Counted from the first letter of the stretch, positions 38,162-49,056 are shown. The stretch: DNA of 64,000 nucleotides from an uncultured Gemmatimonadales bacterium (GCA_963701965.1 OY969695.1:3584001-3648000), one strand, 5' to 3'. Numbers and translations are program-made. The notes: generated by a model not told the origin, from the letters alone.

Positions 38162-39101
38162 GGCCGGACATGCCTGCGGCGACACCCGAGGCGCCGACCG
38201 TCTCCAGGAAAATGCGGTGGAGCGACGGCTGCGTCAGCTCGAACCGCGTGATATCGGCTCCGGCTTGCACCAGTCTTGTCAGGAGAAGCTGCGGCACCGC
38301 GCCACTGGCCAGCTCGATCTCGAACGTCCGATTCGAGTCATCGAGGCGCGAGACGAGTGCGCGATCGGCGAGGACACTGGCGACGGCGCCAGAGGCGCCG
38401 TTCGCCAGCGCCAGCGCAATGGTGCGCCCCGCGTGCGCCGCCTTGACCTCCGAGACCGCACCGTCGAGGACTTTCGCACCCGACGCGATGATGCACACGG
38501 AGTCGCAGAGTCGCTCCGCATTGTCCATGAGATGGGTGCTGAAGATGACCGTGCGGCCCCGTTGGCGCAGCGCGACGATCGTGTCGGTGAGCGCTTGCGC
38601 ATTGATGGGGTCGAGCCCGCTGAATGGCTCGTCGAGAATCACCAGCTCGGGATCGTGGAGCAGCGTGCCGATGAACTGGACCTTCTGCTGCATCCCGCGA
38701 GACAGCTCGTCGACTTTCTTCGTGGCCCACTCCGTCAGGCCAAAGCGTTCCAACCACTCCCCGGTCCGCCGGTCGGCGTCGCGGGCCGACATCCCCTTGA
38801 GCTCACCCAGGAACCGGAGCACGCGACGCACTTGCATCTTCTTGTAGAGGCCGCGCTCCTCGGGTAGGTACCCGACGCGGTCGACGATCCCCGGCGTTTG
38901 ATTCGACTGGCCGAACAAGCGAATGGCGCCCCGATCCGGCGCCATGACGTTCAAGATCATCCGGATCGTGGTCGTCTTGCCGGCGCCGTTCGGGCCCAAT
39001 AATCCGTAGACCGTCCCGGTCGGCACCGCCAGCGACAACGATCGAACGGCGACGTGCCCGTCGTAGGCCTTCTCAATGCCGTCAATCTCAATGGCGAGCA
39101 T
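38154..39101 (-). CDS. ABC transporter ATP-binding protein (YhaQ-like)
   Basis: 'GPNGAGKTT', 'GYLPEERGLY', 'LSRGMQQK', 'LDEPFSGLDP', 'PSLHRIF'. Confidence 0.93.
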   Translation of the reverse strand: MLAIEIDGIEKAYDGHVAVRSLSLAVPTGTVYGLLGPNGAGKTTTIRMILNVMAPDRGAIRLFGQSNQTPGIVDRVGYLPEERGLYKKMQVRRVLRFLGELKGMSARDADRRTGEWLERFGLTEWATKKVDELSRGMQQKVQFIGTLLHDPELVILDEPFSGLDPINAQALTDTIVALRQRGRTVIFSTHLMDNAERLCDSVCIIASGAKVLDGAVSEVKAAHAGRTIALALANGASGAVASVLADRALVSRLDDSNRTFEIELASGAVPQLLLTRLVQAGADITRFELTQPSLHRIFLETVGASGVAAGMSGHG

Positions 39102-39181
39102 GCCGCAATATACGGTCAACGGCCGCGGTCGGTTTCTGTCGAGCCCTCGAATCCGGACCCCGGCGCCCCTAATTTGCCGCG

Positions 39182-39964
39182 GTGACGACGGGCGCTTATC
39201 GCGTGGCCAGCGTGCTCTCCGGGCTCGCGGCGTCGTTGCTGCTGCTCTTTCTCGCGTTGCCGCTGGCCGCCCTGGTCACGTCCGCGGGGCGCGATGGCTT
39301 GGCCGCGCTCGGGACCGACGCCGAGCTCCGGGGCGCGCTCCTCCTCACTGCCGGGACGGCGACGGCCGCCACGATCCTGGGCCTTCTGGGCGGCACGCCG
39401 TTGGCCTATCTCATGGCCCGCCGCGCCTTTCCGGGCCGCGCCGCGATCGCCGCGTTGTTCGACTTGCCCGTGCTGATCCCGCACCCGGTCGCCGGCATTG
39501 CGCTCCTGCTCGCGCTCGGCCGGCAGACGCCGGCCGGCGCGGTGCTGCTCGCGGCCGGGCTCCGCCTCACGGGGTCGGCAACGGGGATTGTCTGCGCCAT
39601 GCTCTTCGTGTCGGCGCCGCTCTACCTGAGCGCGGCGCGCGAGACGTTCGCCCGCGTCGACGCGCGATTCGAGGGCGTCGCCCGCACGCTGGGCGACCCG
39701 CCGTGGCGGGCGTTCCGCCGGGTCACACTCCCGCTGGCGCTGCGCGGGCTGATCGCGGCGGCCGTCGTCGCCTGGGCGCGCGCCGTCAGCGAGTTCGGCG
39801 CCGTGGTCATTCTCACGTACAACCCAAAGGTCGCGAGCGTCCTGAGCTACGACCGGTTCACCACCAGCGGTCTCCCCGGCGCGCTCCCCGTAGCCGCCGT
39901 GCTCGTGCTCCTGGCGCTCATCCCGCTCGTCATCCTGCGCGGATTGCGCGCCCACGCCGAATGA
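39182..39964 (+). CDS. Molybdate/tungstate ABC transporter permease (ModB/WtpB-like)
   Basis: 'DLPVLIPHPVAGIALL', 'ARTLG', 'WARAVSEFGA'. Confidence 0.85.
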   Translation: MTTGAYRVASVLSGLAASLLLLFLALPLAALVTSAGRDGLAALGTDAELRGALLLTAGTATAATILGLLGGTPLAYLMARRAFPGRAAIAALFDLPVLIPHPVAGIALLLALGRQTPAGAVLLAAGLRLTGSATGIVCAMLFVSAPLYLSAARETFARVDARFEGVARTLGDPPWRAFRRVTLPLALRGLIAAAVVAWARAVSEFGAVVILTYNPKVASVLSYDRFTTSGLPGALPVAAVLVLLALIPLVILRGLRAHAE

Positions 39965-39971
39965 TCGGCGC

Positions 39972-40997
39972 ATGATCGAGGTCGCCGGCGTCCACGCGCG
40001 CGTGGGAGCGTTCGCGCTCAACGACGTGACGTTCCGCGTGCCGGACGGCGCCTACGGCGTCGTCATCGGACCGGCGGGCGCCGGCAAGACGACGCTGCTC
40101 GAAGTCCTGGCCGGCGTCATCCCGCTGGGCGCGGGCACGGTGCGACTGAACGGGCGCGACGTCCGCCGCGTGCCGCCGGAGGCCCGCGACATCGGGCTCG
40201 TATACCAACACGCGTATCTCTTCCCCCACCTGTCGGTGGAAGCCAACGTCGCCTACGGCGCCATCACTGCCGCATTCGCCCGCGACGTCGCGGTCCGCGT
40301 CGGCGCCGATACGCTACTCTCGCGCCCCGTGCGCTCGTTGAGCGGCGGCGAGCGCCAGTTGGTGGCACTCGCCCGGGCGCTGGCGCGACGGCCCAAGATT
40401 GTCCTCCTGGACGAGCCGTTCGCGGCGCTCGATCCGCGGCGCCGCGCGACGGTCCGCCGCGCCGTCCGGACGCTCGTCCGGGAGATCGGCGCCACGGTCC
40501 TGCAAGTGACGCACGATTTCACCGAGGCGGGACTGCTCGGCGACGTTGCGGTGCTGCTCGAGTCCGGCCGCGTCCTGCAAGCGGGCCCGCCGGACGAGGT
40601 GTTTCGGAAGCCGGCCTCGCCCTATGTCGCCGAGTTTCTCGGCGCCGAGAACATCTATCCGGGCACGGCCGACCGGCTGGCCGACGGCGCGGTGGCGTTT
40701 CACGGGCCTCTCACACTGTACGCGGTCGGGGACATCGCCCCTGGGGCCGGCTATGCGATCGTGCGCGCCGAGGAAGTGATCCTCTCCGCCGGGCCGCCGG
40801 GCTCCTCGGCGCGCAATGTCTTTGCCGGCCACGTGCAAGCGATCGAAGGCGTGGGTCCGCTCACCCGCGTCACGGTGGACATTCATGGCACGCCGCTCGT
40901 GGCCGCGCTCACGACGCGGTCGGCGGAGGAACTGGCCTTGGGTATCGGTAGTCCGGTCGTCGCCTCGTTCAAGGCGATGGCCGTGCACCTGTGCTAG
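39972..40997 (+). CDS. Molybdate/tungstate ABC ATP-binding protein with TOBE domain (ModC/WtpC-like)
   Basis: 'GPAGAGKTT', 'LSGGERQ', 'LDEPF', C-terminal 'SSARN...FKAMAVH'. Confidence 0.88.
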   Translation: MIEVAGVHARVGAFALNDVTFRVPDGAYGVVIGPAGAGKTTLLEVLAGVIPLGAGTVRLNGRDVRRVPPEARDIGLVYQHAYLFPHLSVEANVAYGAITAAFARDVAVRVGADTLLSRPVRSLSGGERQLVALARALARRPKIVLLDEPFAALDPRRRATVRRAVRTLVREIGATVLQVTHDFTEAGLLGDVAVLLESGRVLQAGPPDEVFRKPASPYVAEFLGAENIYPGTADRLADGAVAFHGPLTLYAVGDIAPGAGYAIVRAEEVILSAGPPGSSARNVFAGHVQAIEGVGPLTRVTVDIHGTPLVAALTTRSAEELALGIGSPVVASFKAMAVHLC

Positions 40998-41155
40998 ATG
41001 TAGTCCCGCACGACGCGGCGGCCAATGTACAGGCCAACCCCGGTGCCGACGCAACTCACCAGGAACGCGGTCATGAAGCCCCCCACGAGGGCTCCCGCGT
41101 ACCAGCCGACCGCGCTCCCCAGGGTCATCCCCACGAACCCGGCGATCTTTTCCAT
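40994..41155 (-). CDS. 53-aa Gly-rich two-helix membrane protein (below the ORF-track cutoff)
   Basis: Hand translation: MEKIAGFVGMTLGSAVGWYAGALVGGFMTAFLVSCVGTGVGLYIGRRVVRDYI*; GC3-rich codons; exactly fills the gap after ridA. Confidence 0.75.
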   Translation of the reverse strand: MEKIAGFVGMTLGSAVGWYAGALVGGFMTAFLVSCVGTGVGLYIGRRVVRDYI

Positions 41156-41168
41156 GTAGATGGGACGA

Positions 41169-41555
41169 TCAACCCACGTACGCGTCAGCCTCGATCTCGA
41201 CCAGGATATCGGGACTGATCAGGGCGCGGATCTCGATCATCGACGTCGCCGGCCGGATATCGCGGAACACCTCGCCGTGGACCTCGCCGATCGCGCGCCA
41301 TTGGGTGATGTCGGTGACGTAGATGCGGGTGCGGACGACATCGCGAAGGCTGGCGCCCGCGTGCTCCAGCGCCGCGCCGATATTCTGTAGGATCTGCCGC
41401 GTCTGGGCCGCCGGATCACCGACGCCCACGATCGCGCCGCCCACGTCGGTCGCAGTCGTGCCCGAAACGTGGACGTAAGGTCCCACCCGCACGGCGCGCG
41501 AATACCCGACAATGGGCTCCCAGGGCGTCCCCGTCGCGATATTCGTGCGGGTCAT
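41169..41555 (-). CDS. RidA family protein
   Basis: '[14 protein letters not shown]', 'VSGTT', 'RTRIYVTD', 'RPATSM', 'VEIEA'. Confidence 0.93.
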   Translation of the reverse strand: MTRTNIATGTPWEPIVGYSRAVRVGPYVHVSGTTATDVGGAIVGVGDPAAQTRQILQNIGAALEHAGASLRDVVRTRIYVTDITQWRAIGEVHGEVFRDIRPATSMIEIRALISPDILVEIEADAYVG

Positions 41556-41558
41556 GCG

Positions 41559-43139
41559 CTACCCGCGATGGATCGGTGCCGCGCCGGCCGCCGCGAAGAG
41601 ATCGGCTTGCGTATGGGCTTTGCGCAGCAAGTCGATGGACCGCGCCAGCTGCAGATCGTCCGCCGCGCGCCGGCGGAAGGCGATCGAGTCGGGGAAAGCC
41701 ATCTCGCTGATCCGCTCGGCGAGCAGCCGGTCGACGAGCCGTTGCGCGGCGTCGAACTGCGCCCGCGCGATCGGCACTTTCGCATCCTGGAACCGGTGGA
41801 ACAGGCTGTCGCGCCACGCCGGCTGTATCGTGAAGCCGGGCTGCACGCCGGTCTGCTCGATCTCGCGGGCCAAGGTGTAGGTCGCCAAGTATGCGCCATT
41901 CGACGCCGGTCCGATCGCGGTCACGAACGCGCGCTCGGCGTCGTCGAGGGTGTCGGCCATGACAGTGAGATCCGGGGTGATCGCCCCGCCCCCGTATTCC
42001 GTGCGGCCGGCATCGGAGTGGAACACGGGCCGCTGCCGGCGCACCGAGTCCGGCTCGGCCGAGTCGGGCTTCACTTCCACGAGCTGGCCGTTGGGCAGGA
42101 GCTTGCGGGGTTTCTGTATCGAGCGGCCGCTCGGCGTGTACCAGCGCCCCGTCGTGAGCTTGAGGGAGTATCCGCCATCGAGCGAGAACACGCTCTGGAC
42201 CAAACCCTTACCAAACGATGTCGTCCCCACGATCAAGGCCCGATCGTGATCCTGCAGCGCGCCGGCGACGATCTCGGTGGCCGAGGCCGAGCCGCCGTCG
42301 ATGAGGACGGCGACGGGGATCGTGGTGGTGAGCGGCTGCCGGACGGCGTGGTAGATCTCGGGCGGCCCGACGCGCTCGCGCACGCTGGCCAGCTCCGTCC
42401 CCTCCGGCAGGAAGAAGTTGGTCACGGCGAGCGCCTGGTCGACCGCGCCGCCGCCGTTGCCGCGCACATCGAGCACAATGCCCCGCGCGCCCGCGTGAAT
42501 GAGGCGGCTGAGCGCCAGATTCACTTCCTGCGCCGCCGACTCGCTGAAGATCTGCAGCTCCACGTAGCCGATCTGGCCATCGAGCATCATGGCATACGGC
42601 ACCGACGGCACGTGCACGCTCTCGCGAATGAACCGGCCGCGGATCGGGGTCTCGAGCCCGAGCCGGCCGACGCTCAACTGTATCGGCGTGCCGGGCGCGC
42701 CGAGGAGGGCGCGCGAGACTTTGTCGAGTGACCATCCGCGCACGACCGCGCTATCCACGGAGAGGATCTCGTCGCCGGGGCGCAGACCGCCCGCGGCCGC
42801 CGGCGAATGCGGGAAGACCCGAACGATCGTGGGGTGCCCGGTATGGTCCTCGATCTGGAGGCCCAGCCCACCGTAGGCGCCGCCCAGCGACTCCCGATTG
42901 AACGAGGCCAACTCCTCGCGCGAGTACAGCTCGGCGTACGGGTCGCCCAGGGAGTGCACGAGCCCTCGCGCCGCCTTCTCGTAGAGCGCGTCGTTGCCGA
43001 GGGAATCGACGCTCCGCTCGCGGACGAGGGAGAAGACCTGCTCGAAGAGATCGGCGCGGCGAACGACGGGTCGCGCCAGGACACCGGCGGCGACGAGCGG
43101 CACGACCGCCGCGAGAGCGAGCGTGGGACGAAATCGCAT
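41559..43139 (-). CDS. ctpA: S41 family C-terminal processing protease with PDZ domain
   Basis: 'LGDPY', 'LDVRGNGGG', 'SASATEIVAGALQDH', 'FGKGLVQ', 'TPSGRSIQ'. Confidence 0.92.
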   Translation of the reverse strand: MRFRPTLALAAVVPLVAAGVLARPVVRRADLFEQVFSLVRERSVDSLGNDALYEKAARGLVHSLGDPYAELYSREELASFNRESLGGAYGGLGLQIEDHTGHPTIVRVFPHSPAAAGGLRPGDEILSVDSAVVRGWSLDKVSRALLGAPGTPIQLSVGRLGLETPIRGRFIRESVHVPSVPYAMMLDGQIGYVELQIFSESAAQEVNLALSRLIHAGARGIVLDVRGNGGGAVDQALAVTNFFLPEGTELASVRERVGPPEIYHAVRQPLTTTIPVAVLIDGGSASATEIVAGALQDHDRALIVGTTSFGKGLVQSVFSLDGGYSLKLTTGRWYTPSGRSIQKPRKLLPNGQLVEVKPDSAEPDSVRRQRPVFHSDAGRTEYGGGAITPDLTVMADTLDDAERAFVTAIGPASNGAYLATYTLAREIEQTGVQPGFTIQPAWRDSLFHRFQDAKVPIARAQFDAAQRLVDRLLAERISEMAFPDSIAFRRRAADDLQLARSIDLLRKAHTQADLFAAAGAAPIHRG

Positions 43140-43171
43140 GACTGAGCAACCCCGCGAGAGTACCGCTTAGG

Positions 43172-43609
43172 TTACTGGTCGGACACGACGTCCGCCAGCG
43201 CCTCGTCCAGCGCTTCCCACGCTAGCAGCGCGCACGGGATGCGCCCCGGCGTGCGCGAGACGATGCCGAGCGCGACCAGCGGCCCGAGTGTCTCGTTTGT
43301 CTCCGTCGTCCGTTGGCCCCGGACGACTTGACGCAATCCCGCGGCCAGCGCGGAGATCTCGGCCCGGGATCGGCCGCGAACGAGCTCCGTCATCATCGAG
43401 GCCGAGGCCCGGGAGATCGAGCACCCGTTGCCCTCGCACCGAATGTCTCCCACGCGGTCGCCGTCCAACTCCACGGAAACGTGCATTGACTCACCGCAGA
43501 GCGGATTGGCGCGCGTCGCCTCGCGGTCCGGTGCTTCGAGTGTTCCCCGGTTCCGGGGGCGGCGGTAATGATCCAGAATGAGTTCCTGACATTGCTCAGA
43601 CGTTGGCAC
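43172..43609 (-). CDS. sufU: Second SufU/IscU-family protein
   Basis: 'ILDHYRRPRN', 'NPLCGE', 'GCSISRASAS', 'RIPCALLAW'. Confidence 0.85.
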   Translation of the reverse strand: MPTSEQCQELILDHYRRPRNRGTLEAPDREATRANPLCGESMHVSVELDGDRVGDIRCEGNGCSISRASASMMTELVRGRSRAEISALAAGLRQVVRGQRTTETNETLGPLVALGIVSRTPGRIPCALLAWEALDEALADVVSDQ

Positions 43610-44813
43610 CGAACACCGCCTGGGCCTTTTCGACGCCAGCCACCAGGGCATCGATATCCGACGCGTCGTTGTACACGTAGAACGATGCCCGGGCGGTCGC
43701 GCCGACGCCGAGCCGCCGGATGAGCGGCTGGGCGCAGTGGTGCCCGGCGCGGATCGCCACCTGCTCCTGATCGAGGATCGTCGCCAGATCGTGCGGATGG
43801 ATGTCGCCGACGGTGAAGCTCACGACGCCGCTCCGTTCGTCGGCCGGCGGTCCGAACACGCGCACGCCATCGAGAGCGGCCAGCCGCTGACTGGCCAACG
43901 CGGTCAACGTCCGCTCGTGGCGCCGCACTTCGTCCATCCCAATGGCGTCCAGGTAGTCGACCGCCGCCGCCAGGCCCACCGCGTCGCCCAGGTTCGGCGT
44001 CCCCGCCTCGAACTTGTACGGCAGCCGGTTCCACGTCGTATGGTCGTCGTGCACGAACTCGATCATGTCGCCGCCGGTCTGATACGGCGGCATGGCTTCG
44101 AGGAGCGCTCGCTTCCCAATGAGCCCGCCGATGCCCGTCGGCCCCAACATCTTGTGCCCGCTGAACGCGTAGAAATCCACACCGAGCGCATCGAACTGGA
44201 CGCGGAGATGCGGCGCGCTCTGGGCACCATCGGCGACGATGATCATGTCCCGCGCGCCCGCTTCGCGGGCGGCGCGGGCGACCTCCGCCAACGGCGTGAT
44301 CGTGCCAATGGCGTTGGACACGTGGGTGAGGGCCAGCACTTTGGTGCGCGGGGTGACGAGACGGGCAAGATCATCGAGATCCAGCCTGCCGTCGTCCGTG
44401 ATCTCGGCGATCCGGAACACGGCGCCCGTTTCCTTGGCCAACTGCTGCCATGGGACGAAGTTGGCGTGGTGCTCGAGGCGAGTCACGACGATCTCGTCGC
44501 CCCGCCGCACGTTGGCCCGACCCCACGCCGCGGCGACGAGATTGAGCGACTCCGTTGTGCCGCGCGTGAAGATCAGGCACGGCGCGTCGGCCACGCCGAA
44601 GAACCGGGCGACGCGCTCGCGCGCGGCGTGATAGCGCTCTGTCGCCGCGACCGACAAGGCGTACGCGCCACGGTGCGGGTTGGCGTAGGCCGTCTCATAG
44701 ACATCGCGAATGGCGTCCAGCACCACGCGGGGCTTTTGTGCGGAAGCCGCCGAGTCGAGGTAGTGCAGCCCGGGATGCCGCGCCAGGAGGGGAAAATCGT
44801 CGCGGCGCGTCAC
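43596..44813 (-). CDS. sufS: SufS cysteine desulfurase
   Basis: 'YLDSAAS.QKP', 'EHHAN', 'SGHKMLGP', 'RAGHHCA'. Confidence 0.95.
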   Translation of the reverse strand: MTRRDDFPLLARHPGLHYLDSAASAQKPRVVLDAIRDVYETAYANPHRGAYALSVAATERYHAARERVARFFGVADAPCLIFTRGTTESLNLVAAAWGRANVRRGDEIVVTRLEHHANFVPWQQLAKETGAVFRIAEITDDGRLDLDDLARLVTPRTKVLALTHVSNAIGTITPLAEVARAAREAGARDMIIVADGAQSAPHLRVQFDALGVDFYAFSGHKMLGPTGIGGLIGKRALLEAMPPYQTGGDMIEFVHDDHTTWNRLPYKFEAGTPNLGDAVGLAAAVDYLDAIGMDEVRRHERTLTALASQRLAALDGVRVFGPPADERSGVVSFTVGDIHPHDLATILDQEQVAIRAGHHCAQPLIRRLGVGATARASFYVYNDASDIDALVAGVEKAQAVFGANV

Positions 44814-45136
44814 CGGCGGGGGCCCACCAGGACCATGCCGCGTTCGACGCGAACGGGATACGTCACCACGCCGTCCGTGGCCGGTCCTTCGCACACGGCG
44901 CCGGTACGCGGGTCAAATCGCGCGCCGTGCAGCGGACACTCAATGGTGCCGTCGGCCATCAATGCACCGGCCGAGAGCGGGAACTCCTGGTGCGAGCAGC
45001 TGTCGCGCACCGCGTGAATGATGCCGCCCACGTTGGCGAGGCACACCGGCTCGCCGTTGGGGCCCTCCACCGACACGATCTCCCCCTCGGCGATCTCCGA
45101 GAGCTCGGCCACCGGGACAAATCCGTCGGTGATCAC
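44810..45136 (-). CDS. Rieske [2Fe-2S] ferredoxin
   Basis: 'CSH...IECPLHGARFD..TG'; GTGA overlaps with both neighbours. Confidence 0.92.
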   Translation of the reverse strand: MITDGFVPVAELSEIAEGEIVSVEGPNGEPVCLANVGGIIHAVRDSCSHQEFPLSAGALMADGTIECPLHGARFDPRTGAVCEGPATDGVVTYPVRVERGMVLVGPRR

Positions 45137-45567
45137 ACGACCTGCTGCATCGCCGAGCGCAGCGCGTGCCAGGCCAACGTCGCGCACTTCACGCGCACGG
45201 GAAACGCCGCGACGCCGCCAAAGGCGGCGAGACGTCCCAGGCCCGTGGCGTCGGTCGCCTGGCCGGTCACCAGGGCGTGAAACGCATCGAACAGCGCCGT
45301 GGCCTCGGCGCGGGTCTTTCCCGCCACGGCGGTAGTCATCATCGAGGCCGACGCTTTGGAGATGGCGCAACCGGTGCCTGGCGGCGTCGCGAAGCGCACT
45401 TCGGCCAGCCGGTCGCCGTCCATGCGCACCCACACCGTGACGGCGTCACCGCACAGGGGATTGTTGCCGCACCCCTCGGCGTCCGCCCTTTCCATCGCGC
45501 CGAAATTCCGCGGGTTCCGGCTGTGATCCAGGATCACGCTCTGATACAGCTCCCGCAGGTCGGCCAT
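45133..45567 (-). CDS. sufU: SufU Fe-S assembly/sulfurtransferase protein
   Basis: 'LYQSVILDHSRNPRN', 'NPLCGD', 'GCAISKASAS', 'RVKCATL'. Confidence 0.95.
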   Translation of the reverse strand: MADLRELYQSVILDHSRNPRNFGAMERADAEGCGNNPLCGDAVTVWVRMDGDRLAEVRFATPPGTGCAISKASASMMTTAVAGKTRAEATALFDAFHALVTGQATDATGLGRLAAFGGVAAFPVRVKCATLAWHALRSAMQQVV

Positions 45568-45569
45568 GG

Positions 45570-46865
45570 TTACACCGCGGCGACCAACTCGGCGCCGACG
45601 AACCGCTCCTGGGTCAGCGCTTCGAGCGCTTGCCGCACTTCCGGCTGATCGATGCGCTCGAGCACGTCGGCGGCGAACGCGTAGGTCAGCAGGGTTCGCG
45701 CCTGCTCGGCGGCGACGCCGCGACTGCGAAGATAAAAGAGCGCGACATCATCGAGGCGTCCGATCGTCGCCCCATGCGTGCACTTGACGTCGTCGGCGAA
45801 AATCTCCAGCTGCGGCTTGGTGTCCGCGTGCGCCTGGTCGGTCAGGAGCACGTTGTTGTTGGTCTGCTTGCCGTCGGTTTTCTGGGCGACGGGGTGCACG
45901 TAGACCTTGCCGTTGAACACGCCGTGCGAGGCGTCATCCATGATGCCTTTGTACACTTCCCGGCTCGCGCAATCGGGGGCGGCGTGCTCGATCCGCGTCT
46001 GGTGATCGACGTGTTGCGTCCCATCGACCATGTACAACCCGTTCATGAGCGTCTCGCCGCCGCGACCGCCCAGGACCGTGTACAAGTTGATGCGCGACAG
46101 CGCGCCGCCCGTGGCGAACGAGAACGAGTGATAGCGGCTGTCCCGGCCCTGCCGCACTTCCGTCGTCCCCACGTGATACGCCCGGTCGCTCTCCCGCTGC
46201 ACGCGATAGTGGTCGAGGCGGGCGCCGTCGGCGACCTGGATCTCGGTCACCGCATTCGTGAAGTAGGTGGCATCGCCGACGGTGACGAAGCTTTCGATGA
46301 CCGTCGCCACGGCGTGCCGCTCGGCGACGATCAGCGTGCGCGGATGGCTCGCCCCTTTCGCGGCGTCGGCGTCGCTCACGTACACGATGTGAATCGGACC
46401 CGCCGCCACCGTGTCGGCCGGGATGTGCACGACCGCCCCGTCGACCATGTACGCCGTATTCAGCGCCGTGAACGCGTCGCGCCCGCCGGGCGCGAACGTC
46501 GTGAGGTGCTGCCGCACCAGGGGGTCATCCCACGACGCCGCCAGCGCGGTCACCCGCACCCGCGGCGACAGGGTAGAGAGCGAGGACAGCGCCGCCGCGT
46601 AGCGACCGTTGACGAAGACGAGACGCGGACCGTCGAGTCCCAGGAGATACGGCGTCAGATCGTCCAGCTGCACCTGCCCACTGGGCTCGCGGAGCGACGC
46701 CCAATCCGCCTCGGCGATGGCCGCCACACTGGTAAAGTGCCAGTCTTCGTCTTTGCGGGTCGGAAAGCCCGACGCCGCGAAGTGATCGATCGCCGCCCGC
46801 CGCGCGGCGCTCAGCCACACGGGTCCGTGCTCCCGATACCCCTCGACAAATGCCCGCACGCTCAC
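45570..46865 (-). CDS. sufD: Fe-S cluster assembly protein SufD
   Basis: 'FPTRKDEDW', 'VFNGKV', '[19 protein letters not shown]'. Confidence 0.95.
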   Translation of the reverse strand: MSVRAFVEGYREHGPVWLSAARRAAIDHFAASGFPTRKDEDWHFTSVAAIAEADWASLREPSGQVQLDDLTPYLLGLDGPRLVFVNGRYAAALSSLSTLSPRVRVTALAASWDDPLVRQHLTTFAPGGRDAFTALNTAYMVDGAVVHIPADTVAAGPIHIVYVSDADAAKGASHPRTLIVAERHAVATVIESFVTVGDATYFTNAVTEIQVADGARLDHYRVQRESDRAYHVGTTEVRQGRDSRYHSFSFATGGALSRINLYTVLGGRGGETLMNGLYMVDGTQHVDHQTRIEHAAPDCASREVYKGIMDDASHGVFNGKVYVHPVAQKTDGKQTNNNVLLTDQAHADTKPQLEIFADDVKCTHGATIGRLDDVALFYLRSRGVAAEQARTLLTYAFAADVLERIDQPEVRQALEALTQERFVGAELVAAV

Positions 46866-47617
46866 GCGGGCACTCCCTCGTGTTGGACCCACTCGTACCC
46901 GCGCGCTTCCAGCTCCAGTGCCAACTCTTTCCCGCCCGTCCGCACGATGCGCCCATTGGCCAACACGTGCACGGAGTCCGGCACGATGTAGTTGAGCAGC
47001 CGCTGGTAGTGGGTCACGACGATGGTCGCGTTGTCCGGCCGCCGCAGCTTGTTCACCCCGTCGGCGACGATGCGCAGCGCGTCGATGTCGAGCCCCGAGT
47101 CCGTCTCGTCGAGGACCGCGAGCCGCGGCTCCAGGACGGCCATCTGCAGGATCTCGTTCCGCTTCTTCTCGCCACCCGAAAATCCCGCATTGACGGAACG
47201 GCTCAACATGCTCTCGTCCATGTCGACGAGGCGGAGCCGGTCCTCCATGATGTCGAGAAAATCGAGCGGGTCGACCTCACCCAACCCCTTGGCCTTGCGC
47301 ACGGCGTTGTACGCGGCGCGGAGAAAGTAGGCGTTGGAGACACCGGGGATCTCCACCGGATACTGGAACGCCAGGAAGAGGCCTTTCTGCGCCCGCTCCT
47401 CGGGATCCATGGCCAGCAGATCTTCCCCGTCGTACGTCACCGATCCGCCCGTGACCGTGTAGGCCGGATGTCCGGCCAGCACCTGGGCCAGCGTGCTCTT
47501 GCCGGACCCATTCGGCCCCATGATCGCGTGAATCTCACCGGCGCCGACCGAGAGCGAGATGCCCCGCAGGATCTCGGTGTCGCCGACGGTGGCGTGCAGA
47601 TCGTGAATATCGAGCAC
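46862..47617 (-). CDS. sufC: Fe-S cluster assembly ATPase SufC
   Basis: 'GPNGSGKST', '[11 protein letters not shown]', '[12 protein letters not shown]', '[10 protein letters not shown]'. Confidence 0.97.
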   Translation of the reverse strand: MLDIHDLHATVGDTEILRGISLSVGAGEIHAIMGPNGSGKSTLAQVLAGHPAYTVTGGSVTYDGEDLLAMDPEERAQKGLFLAFQYPVEIPGVSNAYFLRAAYNAVRKAKGLGEVDPLDFLDIMEDRLRLVDMDESMLSRSVNAGFSGGEKKRNEILQMAVLEPRLAVLDETDSGLDIDALRIVADGVNKLRRPDNATIVVTHYQRLLNYIVPDSVHVLANGRIVRTGGKELALELEARGYEWVQHEGVPA

Positions 47618-47619
47618 GA

Positions 47620-49056
47620 TTACCCAACGCTCCCTTCGAGTGTGATGCCGAGCAGCTGCTGCGCTTCCAGCGCGAACTCCATCGGCAACTGTTGAAACAC
47701 GTCCTTACAGAACCCGCTGACGATCATCGAGACGGCATCCTCGGCCGTGAGGCCCCGCTGCTTGCAGTAGAAGATCTGATCTTCGCCGATCTTCGATGTC
47801 GACGCCTCGTGCTCGACGGTCGCGGTGTTGTTCTCGACCTCGATATAGGGAAACGTGTGCGCGCCGCATCGGTTCCCGACCAGCATGGAGTCGCACTGCG
47901 TGTAGTTGCGCGCCCGGTTGGCTTTGGGCAGGACTTTGACTTGTCCGCGATAGCTGTTGTTGCCCTGGCCCGCCGAGATGCCCTTGGACACGATCGTGCT
48001 CTTCGTATCGTTGCCGATGTGCAGCATCTTCGTGCCCGTGTCCGCCTGCTGATGGTTGTTGACGACGGCGACCGAGTAGAACTCGCCGGTCGAACCGTCG
48101 CCCTGCAGGATGACACTCGGATACTTCCAGGTGATGGCGGAGCCCGTCTCCACCTGCGTCCACGAGATCTTGGAGTTGACGCCGGCCGCCTTGCCCCGCT
48201 TCGTCACGAAGTTGAAGATGCCGCCCGTGCCCTCGGCGTCCCCGGCATACCAGTTCTGGACGGTCGAATACTTGATGGTCGCGTGGTCCAGCGCGATCAG
48301 CTCGACGACCGCGGCGTGCAGCTGGTTTTCGTCCCGCTTGGGCGCCGTGCAGCCCTCGAGGTAGCTGACGTAGGCGCCCTCGTCGGCGATGATCAGCGTA
48401 CGCTCGAACTGGCCGGTGCCGGCCGCGTTGATCCGGAAGTACGTCGAAAGCTCCATCGGGCAGCGCACACCCTTTGGCACGTAGCAGAACGAGCCGTCGC
48501 TGAACACCGCCGCGTTCAGCGCGGCGAAGAAGTTGTCGCTGTGCGGCACGACCGAGCCGAGGTACTTCTCGACGAGGTCGGGGTGCTCGCGCACCGCTTC
48601 GCCGAACGAGCAGAAGATGATGCCGAGCTCGGCCAGCTCTTTCCGCATGGTCGTGCCCACCGAGACGCTATCGAAGATCGCGTCGACGGCCACACCGGAC
48701 AGGCGCTTTTGCTCGGTCAGCGAGATGCCGAGGCGCTCGTACGTGCGGCGGAGCTCGGGGTCGACCTCATTGAGACTGCCCAGCGGTTTCGTGGCCTTGG
48801 GGGCCGAGAAGTAGCTGACGTTCTGATAGTCGATCGCCGGATACCGGACGTTTCCCCAATGCGGTTCCTTCATCGTCAGCCAACGGCGGTACGCTTTGAG
48901 GCGCCACTCGAGCAGAAAGGCGGGCTCCTGCTTCTTGGCCGAGATGAGGCGGACGACGTCCTCGTTGAGGCCGCGTGGAATCGTATCTTGTTCGATGTCA
49001 GTGACGAATCCGTACTGGTATTCGCGATTGACGAGAGTCTCGATCGACGCGCTCAT
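47620..49056 (-). CDS. sufB: Fe-S cluster assembly protein SufB
   Basis: 'FDSVSV', 'GQFERTL', 'EGCTAP', 'LHAAVVE', 'TWKYPS', 'EHEASTS', 'LEGSVG'. Confidence 0.97.
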   Translation of the reverse strand: MSASIETLVNREYQYGFVTDIEQDTIPRGLNEDVVRLISAKKQEPAFLLEWRLKAYRRWLTMKEPHWGNVRYPAIDYQNVSYFSAPKATKPLGSLNEVDPELRRTYERLGISLTEQKRLSGVAVDAIFDSVSVGTTMRKELAELGIIFCSFGEAVREHPDLVEKYLGSVVPHSDNFFAALNAAVFSDGSFCYVPKGVRCPMELSTYFRINAAGTGQFERTLIIADEGAYVSYLEGCTAPKRDENQLHAAVVELIALDHATIKYSTVQNWYAGDAEGTGGIFNFVTKRGKAAGVNSKISWTQVETGSAITWKYPSVILQGDGSTGEFYSVAVVNNHQQADTGTKMLHIGNDTKSTIVSKGISAGQGNNSYRGQVKVLPKANRARNYTQCDSMLVGNRCGAHTFPYIEVENNTATVEHEASTSKIGEDQIFYCKQRGLTAEDAVSMIVSGFCKDVFQQLPMEFALEAQQLLGITLEGSVG

